Positions 17,683 to 24,000 of a DNA stretch of 24,000 nt are shown here, piece after piece. Source of the stretch: Promethearchaeota archaeon. Its GTDB lineage: Archaea; Asgardarchaeota; Lokiarchaeia; Sigyniarchaeales; SOKP01. The DNA is taken from assembly GCA_048938445.1 (NCBI GenBank), contig JBHLME010000003.1:26293-50292 (forward strand). Direction: 5' to 3'. The translations under genes were made by a program, and so were the position numbers. Numbering within the stretch: position 1 is the first letter of the stretch; the number at the start of each line of letters is the position of its first letter. The notes below the pieces were generated by a model. It had not been told where the DNA came from. It did no database searches and saw nothing but the letters and a program-made list of their open reading frames with translations.

Positions 17683-17870
17683 GACCCTTAAACTGAATCA
17701 CGTTAATTCATTTTATATTTACATTCAGTTGTTTTAAATTCTTAGAAGAATTCGTCGAAGATGAGTTGTTGATCATCCAAATAATGATCATTTGTTAAAT
17801 GAATCACATTCAAGGATTAGAAATAATATTTAGATCACCTAGAAGAAGGAATAACTCCTACAGATTAATA

Positions 17871-18800
17871 TTATATTTGTTTGAATGCTTTCTCTAATAC
17901 CTCTTGAAATTTCTCAAATTCTTTCTTTATTTGAAAATGTTCAGCTTTATTTGTCGTGAGACCTAAATAAAAAACATTATCACCGTTTTCAGATTTGACT
18001 TCAAATTTTTTGACATATTCCTTTTGATCATTAAAAAATGAGGTTCTTTCAGAAAAGTGAACTTTTTCATTCACGAGACTCTGAAAAAACTCTAAATCTT
18101 CACTAATTTTCGTACTTATTTTTTGTTCAAAATCCCTAGTGTCAGTTATCTCAGAATAATAGTCTGCTATGATTAATCCTGATTCATCATATAAGATAAT
18201 ATAGTTTGATTCTAAGCTTTTTCCAAGGTCTTCAATATATGAATTGACACCATTCAAGTTTATTAATTGACTCAATGAGTATGATACTGCTTTTGATAAG
18301 GAGGAGATATCATAATAGGTGGTATCAAAAAACTTGAATCTCATGTGACTATTTTGTTCTAATATTAATTTTTTTAATCTATCCCGACGAGTTATTATTT
18401 CTACATCTTGCTTTAAATTTGGATCAAATTTGCTAAAACACACCATTACTTCATGGGAGTATTCCATATCATTATAAATAATTAAAAGTTTCTTCAAATA
18501 AGCAAGTGAATCTTCAAACTTACTTTCATCTTGAATGTCAATGATATAGTATAGAAAATCCGTTTCTTCAAAATAAACAAGGTTTTTTACGTATAATTGC
18601 CTGTATTTAACTTGCCCTCCCATATCCCATATATTTATTGCGAAAAGATTCAAAAAATTAAATGAATTAAATTCTATTAATTTCGTGGGTAATAATTCCT
18701 TCACTAATTCATAAAAATTATATTTCCTTCTCAGGGCAATTAAAAAACTGGTTTTTCCAGCATTGTCCAAACCCGTAAAAGCAATTTTTATCTCTTTCAA
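17871..18800 (-). CDS. Rag/Gtr-like (Arf-type P-loop) GTPase with C-terminal roadblock domain
   Basis: G1 is GLDNAGKT, switch I is PTKLIEF, G3 is WDMGGQ and G4 is the variant FSKFD. It continues with TTYYDISSLSKAVSYSLSQLIN and a C-terminal roughly 125 aa alpha/beta module (NYIILYDESGLIIADYY...), collinear with eukaryotic RagA/Gtr1 as I recall them. At 309 aa it is similar in length to Rag GTPases. Confidence 0.8.
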   Translation of the reverse strand: MKEIKIAFTGLDNAGKTSFLIALRRKYNFYELVKELLPTKLIEFNSFNFLNLFAINIWDMGGQVKYRQLYVKNLVYFEETDFLYYIIDIQDESKFEDSLAYLKKLLIIYNDMEYSHEVMVCFSKFDPNLKQDVEIITRRDRLKKLILEQNSHMRFKFFDTTYYDISSLSKAVSYSLSQLINLNGVNSYIEDLGKSLESNYIILYDESGLIIADYYSEITDTRDFEQKISTKISEDLEFFQSLVNEKVHFSERTSFFNDQKEYVKKFEVKSENGDNVFYLGLTTNKAEHFQIKKEFEKFQEVLEKAFKQI

Positions 18801-18887
18801 GATATGCGAATTCCAACTTAATAAATAATATTAAAAATATTATGAAAAAAGAAGTATTTATGTTTTTTGTAATCGTAAATGAATAAT

Positions 18888-19532
18888 TTAAAAAATTCTA
18901 CTTACAAATTCTTCAAATTTCATGCTTCTCAATTGTTCTGCCCAAAGTGTCTTTAAATTTGGTTTATCTGGCAGAATATTTTCAGTTTTTAAAAGTTCAT
19001 AAAGTTTTTCAACGGTTCTTTCAATTAACAATGCTTGAAAAGTAATTTTATCTTTCACATCCTTAGTGCTTTCATCTATTTCATTTTTCATTTCTTTAAT
19101 TATCCTCATCCAGTTCTCTGCAAACTTCATGATCAATTGATCAGTTTTCATTAATTCTTCCATTTTATAAATGGGAAAAGTAATTTCATATTTTTCTCCA
19201 TCAAATTTTATCAAATCATTCCATTCAAGGATTAATAAGTGATTTTCGAGGGTTTTGTTTTTCCACTGGTAATTAACATTACATTTATATTCATCGTTTT
19301 GAATTAAAAGAGGTCTTGGTGAAAAATTAATAGTATCATGAAGTTGTTGAAAGGTTTTTGGGCCATCAGCAAGTTTAATGAGTATCTCTCTTCGAACCTT
19401 ACTTTCGACTACCCAAGGTATTTCAGAATCATCCCAGGGTTTATTCGATGCAAAATCGAACCATGGTTGTATTTCATCTACATTTATTTTTCCTACAAAT
19501 CGATAATCATTATATTTTGTATTTTCTTTCAT
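18888..19532 (-). CDS. hypothetical protein with ArsR-like winged-helix segment
   Basis: VRREILIKLADGPKTFQQLHDTINFSPRPL resembles the wHTH of ArsR/PadR-type regulators. A strong GGGAGG lies 6-11 nt upstream of the ATG (19539-19544 on the + strand). The start is 23 nt downstream of the SufB-like stop on the same strand. Confidence 0.5.
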   Translation of the reverse strand: MKENTKYNDYRFVGKINVDEIQPWFDFASNKPWDDSEIPWVVESKVRREILIKLADGPKTFQQLHDTINFSPRPLLIQNDEYKCNVNYQWKNKTLENHLLILEWNDLIKFDGEKYEITFPIYKMEELMKTDQLIMKFAENWMRIIKEMKNEIDESTKDVKDKITFQALLIERTVEKLYELLKTENILPDKPNLKTLWAEQLRSMKFEEFVSRIF

Positions 19533-19555
19533 GTTTATCCTCCCTTAACAAGAAT

Positions 19556-20518
19556 TCATTCCTCTCCCAACATTGCCTCAATTAATACTTCCGTGGCTTC
19601 TTCTTCAGTCAAACCTTTGGCCATTATTTCATCTAACCACTTTTGTGGAAAGCGACCTAAAGAAGCCTCATGAGAAACGCTAGAAGTTGGATCAGTAGCC
19701 CGGATAAATGGTCTTGCCCTGCAAATAGATCCTTTTCCAAGAACAATTTCACTACACTCAACATGACCATTACAATGTGGAGCATTACCTTCCGTTATGC
19801 CATACATCAACACTTCTCCCCCATCACGTGCGGCAGCTTTCATTTTCAGAATACTTCTTGCGTTTTCTCCTTCTAAGTAGATTGCATCTCGAATTCTCAC
19901 GGAATCATTTTTATTCTTGCCAAATGCTTTTATATTAGATCTGATGACACTATTTTCCATAGCATAAATATCTAGCATAATTTTTACCTTACCTGGAGTT
20001 CCTTTAGTTAAATTAAAATTATTTTCAAACACGCTATTTTCTCCAATATACATATACCCAACTGGTGCAACTAACGCTCCACTATTCTCTCCATGATAAT
20101 GAGTTTCACTGTAAGTAAAATTACAATTTTTTCCTATATAGAAATGTCCAAACATTTTATGAATCAGTCCATTTGCATTAGGAAAACTACAATGTGCTTG
20201 AACAATTACATCAGTATTGTCCTCCGCAATTATTCGCGGAAAAATCTCTTGAATTCCCGTTTGCTTGTTAACACCAAAGCATAAATGAACGGGTTCTTCA
20301 ATTTTAGTTCCTTCCTTGATGACTATATCTGCTACAATTCCATTAGGAATTTCTCTTCCCTTGAGGATTATTCCCTCATATTGCTCGACACCCTTAATTT
20401 TGTTAAAATCTAAAAGTAATTTGGCACCTTTTCCATGACCTGGTATGAAATCATTAATATCAATATTATAATCTTCTAAACTTTCCAATATTTCTTCGGG
20501 ATAATCACTATTGGTCAT
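19556..20518 (-). CDS. sufB: short SufB/SufD-family Fe-S cluster assembly scaffold (minimal archaeal SufB/SmsB type)
   Basis: A beta-helix-like repeat region is followed by the conserved C-terminal block ARPFIRATDPTSSVSHEASLGRFPQKWLDEIMAKGLTEEEATEVLIEAML, matching the SufBD pattern P.l.i....v..sHea..G.........L..rGl.eeeA. There is a 4-nt ATGA overlap with sufC. Confidence 0.75.
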   Translation of the reverse strand: MTNSDYPEEILESLEDYNIDINDFIPGHGKGAKLLLDFNKIKGVEQYEGIILKGREIPNGIVADIVIKEGTKIEEPVHLCFGVNKQTGIQEIFPRIIAEDNTDVIVQAHCSFPNANGLIHKMFGHFYIGKNCNFTYSETHYHGENSGALVAPVGYMYIGENSVFENNFNLTKGTPGKVKIMLDIYAMENSVIRSNIKAFGKNKNDSVRIRDAIYLEGENARSILKMKAAARDGGEVLMYGITEGNAPHCNGHVECSEIVLGKGSICRARPFIRATDPTSSVSHEASLGRFPQKWLDEIMAKGLTEEEATEVLIEAMLGEE

Positions 20519-21312
20519 ATATTCTCCTCTCCTGCAAAAATTCGATCAATATAATCTTCTGGAAAGCATGCTTTTCCATTTCTATAAAGGGTTCTCTTAC
20601 AAAATTCCTTCAAACCCGCTTTTTTACAATATCTTAACATTACCCGAGGAAACTCATCCGTGATTAGTGTATCACCATGCCATATGAGTGTACCATAATC
20701 CGCAACCATTCCAATTTCTTCTCTATGGGTTATAAGCAAGATTGTCATGTTTAAGGTTTTAATTTTATTAAAAATGTTGAAGAAATCTTCGGTAATAATC
20801 ACATCTAATCCACTATCGGGTTCATCTAAAATTATTAATCGGGGTCTCATGGCAACAACAGCTGCCAGTTCAATCCTCTTCCTTTCTCCTCCACTGAGAG
20901 TTTCATCAACATATCTATTAATATACTTATCTGGAGGTAAATTGACAATATCTAAAGCTTCACGAACCTTTTCTCTTAAATTTATTTTATCTTTAATACC
21001 TAGTGAAATGTATTTTTTTACGGATAAACCATCAATTCGTGCTGGTTCCTGCCAAGCTAATGTAATACCTAATTTAGCTCGTTCAGTTATACTCATTTCG
21101 CTAATATCTATACTATCAAAAAATATTTTTCCATCGGATGGTTTATAATTTTGAAGGCCCATAATTGTATAGGCTAATGTGGATTTACCTGAACCATTTG
21201 GCCCTATGATTGCGTGGATGGATCCTTCTTTTACTCCAAATGAGGTTTTATTTATAATGATTTGTTTATTATCTAGCGTTGGAATTGTTAATTCTTGTAA
21301 TTCTAAAAGCAT
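20515..21312 (-). CDS. sufC: SufC-like ABC ATPase of the Fe-S cluster assembly system
   Basis: Walker A is GPNGSGKST, the Q-loop is AWQEP, the signature is LSGGERKR, Walker B is LIILDEPDSGLD and the H-loop is ITHRE. It is coupled to the SufB-like gene and has a 3-Cys C-terminal tail. Confidence 0.85.
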   Translation of the reverse strand: MLLELQELTIPTLDNKQIIINKTSFGVKEGSIHAIIGPNGSGKSTLAYTIMGLQNYKPSDGKIFFDSIDISEMSITERAKLGITLAWQEPARIDGLSVKKYISLGIKDKINLREKVREALDIVNLPPDKYINRYVDETLSGGERKRIELAAVVAMRPRLIILDEPDSGLDVIITEDFFNIFNKIKTLNMTILLITHREEIGMVADYGTLIWHGDTLITDEFPRVMLRYCKKAGLKEFCKRTLYRNGKACFPEDYIDRIFAGEENI

Positions 21313-21331
21313 GAAGAGATCACGTTCTTTT

Positions 21332-21344
21332 TTTAAATATAAAA
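21332..21344 (-). promoter_or_regulatory. candidate archaeal TATA box for the sufC operon
   Basis: The minus strand reads TTTTATATTTAAA, centred about 26 nt upstream of the sufC ATG (21312). This fits a leaderless or very short-leader transcript. Confidence 0.3.
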
Positions 21345-21451
21345 AATATCATGATTATAAATCATTAAATTTTTCCATATATTTATTATGCTATACAATT
21401 TTGATTTGAAATATCTAAAATAATTTATACAAATAGATTTAATATATCTTC

Positions 21452-21474
21452 TATTCTAATAATTTATTAGAATA
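21452..21474. promoter_or_regulatory. perfect 23-bp palindrome TATTCTAATAA-T-TTATTAGAATA, candidate operator
   Basis: It has 11-bp perfect arms around a single central T. It sits 32 nt upstream of the PAC2-like ATG (21507), in the sufC/PAC2 divergent intergenic region. Confidence 0.45.
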
Positions 21475-21506
21475 ACAAGAAAAAATAACATGATGTGAAC
21501 AATTAA

Positions 21507-22295
21507 ATGGTTCGTAAAGAATATATATGCAAGAAGGGAAAAAGAAGTAGCGTTATAATAGAAGATGTAAGTATTGACATTCAAGAAAATTCTACTTTAA
21601 TTATTGGTTTCGCAGGTATTGGATTATTAGGGCCAATAATATGTAATGCGTTAATTGAACAAATTCCTGATGTCAAAGAAATTGGATTTATTACTTCTGA
21701 ATATTTACCACCAATTTCAGTATTCTATGAAGGTGTATTAAAGCATCCATTTAGACTTTTATATTCACCTCAACATAACATTCTTATTGCTATCTGTGAG
21801 GTTCCATTTCAAGTATCTTCGGCATATTCAGATTTAGCTAAAACAATTTGCAATTGGGCTTTATCTGAAGATGTTAGAGCTAAAGAGATCGTAGTTTTTC
21901 AAGGTATCCCTCATAGAGGTGTACTTGATGATTATCCAGTATATTTCGCTGCTGAAGAAAAATTAATGGAAACATTACAGAAATATGGAATTGAGAAAGT
22001 AAATAAAGGAGTTATATTAGGTCCTGAAGCGACGATCCTAAATGAAGCTCTTACAAATCGATTAAATGCTTATGCACTCTTTACTCCTGTTTTAGAAATC
22101 CCTACTCCCGAAGGTGGTGCAGCAATATTAGAAGTCTTAAATGAGATTTATAAATTAAATATTGATACAAAACCTTTAATTGAACAAGGAAAAGAAATAA
22201 AAGCTAAAATGTTAGAATTAGCCCAGAAAACACAAGAATATCAGCAACAACAATTACCTGAAGCTGGAAAGGGCTATACTCAATACTTTCAATAA
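21507..22295 (+). CDS. PAC2-family proteasome assembly chaperone-like protein
   Basis: The protein matches the PAC2 family pattern in TLIIGFAGIGLLGPIICNALIEQ...EIGFITSEYLPPISVFYEG...PFRLLYS, then GPEATILNEALTNRLNAYALFTP...PTPEGGAAILEVLNEIYKLNID. The C-terminus YFQ is HbYX-like, with Phe rather than Tyr in the penultimate position. Confidence 0.75.
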   Translation: MVRKEYICKKGKRSSVIIEDVSIDIQENSTLIIGFAGIGLLGPIICNALIEQIPDVKEIGFITSEYLPPISVFYEGVLKHPFRLLYSPQHNILIAICEVPFQVSSAYSDLAKTICNWALSEDVRAKEIVVFQGIPHRGVLDDYPVYFAAEEKLMETLQKYGIEKVNKGVILGPEATILNEALTNRLNAYALFTPVLEIPTPEGGAAILEVLNEIYKLNIDTKPLIEQGKEIKAKMLELAQKTQEYQQQQLPEAGKGYTQYFQ

Positions 22296-22405
22296 ATTAA
22301 TATTCTTCTTTTCTTTACTCTTATTTAATTTTACTTTAATTACCTCATTAAAAATTTAATATTTTATAAGAAAAACTTTTATCTTCACTTATTTATTTTA
22401 GATTA

Positions 22406-22855
22406 ATGAAAATGCCTAAGGAAAGATTTGTCCCGATTCAGATTGACCAAGAATTATGCTTGAAATGTGAACGCTGTTTGAAAGCATGTAAAACTAACAA
22501 AGCAATTTATTTTAAAAATAGCATCCGACTTGTTGATTATAAGAAATGTAAGGGATGTTTGAATTGTGTACAGGTTTGTCCCAGGAACGCAATACAAGTC
22601 ACGTCCGTGATGCCTAATCAAGTTTTAAGTATGAAGATTGATCATGATAAATGTAACATGTGTGAACTTTGCTTGGATGATGAGGGTAATTTCTGCCCTA
22701 AAAATCTTTATTATAAAGATAAAATAAAGAAGGATGGAAAAGAAATTGATGGAATTAGATTTAATTTTAAAGAAATCGCAAAATGCCAAGCATGTTTAGT
22801 TTGCGAATCTTCATGCCCTGAAGGAGCAATAGAATCAGTTGTTTTTGATAATTAA
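22406..22855 (+). CDS. 4Fe-4S ferredoxin-domain protein (four cluster motifs)
   Basis: Four CxxCxxC motifs are present, each followed by a distal Cys: CLKCERCLKAC, CKGCLNCVQVCP, CNMCELC...FCP and CQACLVCESSCP. Confidence 0.85.
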   Translation: MKMPKERFVPIQIDQELCLKCERCLKACKTNKAIYFKNSIRLVDYKKCKGCLNCVQVCPRNAIQVTSVMPNQVLSMKIDHDKCNMCELCLDDEGNFCPKNLYYKDKIKKDGKEIDGIRFNFKEIAKCQACLVCESSCPEGAIESVVFDN

Positions 22856-24000
22856 TTGTTTTTATTTGACTTCTTTTTTGATCCTAAAACATAACCTACC
22901 AACCACTCAAGAGATCCTATACCACCTTTCCCATACCTGTACCATATAAAAGTTAAAATGCCTAAAAATCCAATAAAAGGGAAGACAGTTGTCAAGAAAT
23001 CTAAAACGCTAAACCTCCATAAAAATAATGGGATAAAGATGTATTCAATCAAGAAAAGTGTGAGAGACGCTTTTCCATAAAATTTTAACATTCTAACGAA
23101 GATATTATCCTTTTGCATGATATCAATTATGTAAAAAATAATTGCTATCGTGATCAAGTCTAAACCTAAAGTATAAAGCACGTTAGAATAAGTTCCAGTT
23201 ATCAAGAATTTAACAAGTCCTGTAACTGGTGCAATGTTTTGCTGATTCCACTTATAAAGCAAATCCATGTAAGGATATGCACTTCCAAATTGATATAAGT
23301 CATCAGTAAAATATTTCTGCTCCAAGCCGATAAATATTCCCATGAGAGCAAGAATGATTCCCCACATTAAAAATACCTTTACAAGGTGTTTATACTTCTC
23401 ATCAGTACCTTCAATCATCGTATCATAAATATATTCACCAACAACAGGTGCTATAAAGCAAACAGAAAGCCAAGGTAGGAGGGTAACCTCTGGTTGTGGT
23501 GATGAGATAATAAAATTAACAATCCAAAAAAAAGGATTAATATTTTGTAAGGTCCAAAAAAAATCTCTAATATCTTCAGAGCTAAAAAGTATTATCAAAC
23601 CAATTATAATACGTGGAAATTTTCTCAGTTTTAAAGCATAATATGTAAAGATTTGAGCAAATCCAATGAACATCAAGATGTTCCAACCCCAAATATTAAG
23701 GGAAAATAAGTTATACAAGAAACCGATGATTATAATAAATAAACCTCTCATATAAATAGAATTTCGAATTACACTTTCGGGAACTTTTCCTTGTTTGCTT
23801 TTCGTGGTGAAAACTACACTTATGGTTGAGAGAACTATAAACATTCCTGGTCCTAAAAATTCTAAAAATATTTGGCCTGCCGCGGCGATAAAAACAACGT
23901 TCTTATCTAACCACGCAAGGCAGAAGTGGAGTAGAATGATAAACATCATGGCTACTCCTCTCGTAACGTCTAAAGAGTCTATTCTTCTAGGTTTTGTTTC
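22852..24000 (-). CDS. HGSNAT/DUF1624-like polytopic membrane acyltransferase, N-terminus beyond the right edge
   Basis: There are at least 10 hydrophobic helices. The frame upstream of the track start (23949) stays open to position 24000 and encodes ETKPRRIDSLDVTRGVAMMFIILLHF. This matches the family's N-terminal R-x-x-S-(L/V)-D-x-x-RG-(I/V)-A motif (human HGSNAT has RLRSVDTFRGIA, from memory). The true start is therefore upstream or off-window. Confidence 0.7.
   Translation of the reverse strand, partial: ETKPRRIDSLDVTRGVAMMFIILLHFCLAWLDKNVVFIAAAGQIFLEFLGPGMFIVLSTISVVFTTKSKQGKVPESVIRNSIYMRGLFIIIIGFLYNLFSLNIWGWNILMFIGFAQIFTYYALKLRKFPRIIIGLIILFSSEDIRDFFWTLQNINPFFWIVNFIISSPQPEVTLLPWLSVCFIAPVVGEYIYDTMIEGTDEKYKHLVKVFLMWGIILALMGIFIGLEQKYFTDDLYQFGSAYPYMDLLYKWNQQNIAPVTGLVKFLITGTYSNVLYTLGLDLITIAIIFYIIDIMQKDNIFVRMLKFYGKASLTLFLIEYIFIPLFLWRFSVLDFLTTVFPFIGFLGILTFIWYRYGKGGIGSLEWLVGYVLGSKKKSNKNN

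Noticed and set aside
17691-17730. AACTGAAT ... ATTCAGTT inverted repeat between the convergent longin and Rag-like genes, a possible terminator hairpin
   Set aside because: It has only 8-bp A/T-rich arms with a 24-nt loop, which is thermodynamically weak. Archaeal termination generally relies on oligo-T tracts, which are abundant here anyway.
18825-18843. ATAATATT-AAA-AATATTAT palindrome upstream of the Rag-like GTPase
   Set aside because: It is composed only of A and T in an A/T-only promoter region. Such symmetry is expected by chance and probably just reflects the TATA-box region.
22281-22292. PAC2-like protein C-terminus as a proteasome-activating HbYX motif
   Set aside because: The last three residues are Y-F-Q, so the penultimate residue is Phe, not Tyr. 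It is HbYX-like at best and cannot be called from sequence alone.
1-24000. Search for tRNA or rRNA genes, CRISPR arrays, transposases or integrases, toxin-antitoxin or restriction-modification/defence hallmarks, and long direct repeats
   Set aside because: I saw no GC-rich structured RNA-like islands in the intergenic regions, no regularly spaced repeats, and no nuclease, integrase or methylase motifs in any ORF. Visual scanning cannot exclude small ncRNAs or diverged repeats.

Overview
This is an AT-rich (roughly one-third G+C by eye, not computed), gene-dense segment with about 24 protein-coding genes. I found no rRNA or tRNA genes, CRISPR arrays, transposases or integrases by eye. The gene content looks archaeal and most likely Asgard-like (an inference from content, not a database result). 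It combines a minimal SufC/SufB-type Fe-S operon, a PAC2 proteasome-assembly chaperone, a poly-ferredoxin and TATA-like promoters close to start codons with a dense set of eukaryote-like signature proteins. These are a Ras/Rab-like small GTPase, a Rag/Gtr-like GTPase fused to a roadblock domain, two further longin/roadblock-type modules (one at the cytoplasmic end of a large glycoprotein-like membrane protein), a gelsolin-domain protein with a C-terminal extension, and a Zn-ribbon protein with a possible DENN-like core. The window also holds a MoxR AAA+ ATPase and an HExxH-VWA partner split by the small GTPase, a CheB-like methylesterase with no other che genes nearby, and a translationally abutted pair of coiled-coil/winged-helix proteins. 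Housekeeping-type genes include a metallophosphoesterase, a HAD hydrolase, membrane proteins and an HGSNAT/DUF1624-like acyltransferase. The most interesting candidate system is at 14.8-18.8 kb. There a single-pass membrane protein with a cytoplasmic longin/roadblock module, a free longin-like protein and a Rag/Gtr-like GTPase sit together, resembling a membrane-tethered Ragulator-Rag-type switch. All functional calls rest on motifs read by eye from the translations and need profile or structure searches.
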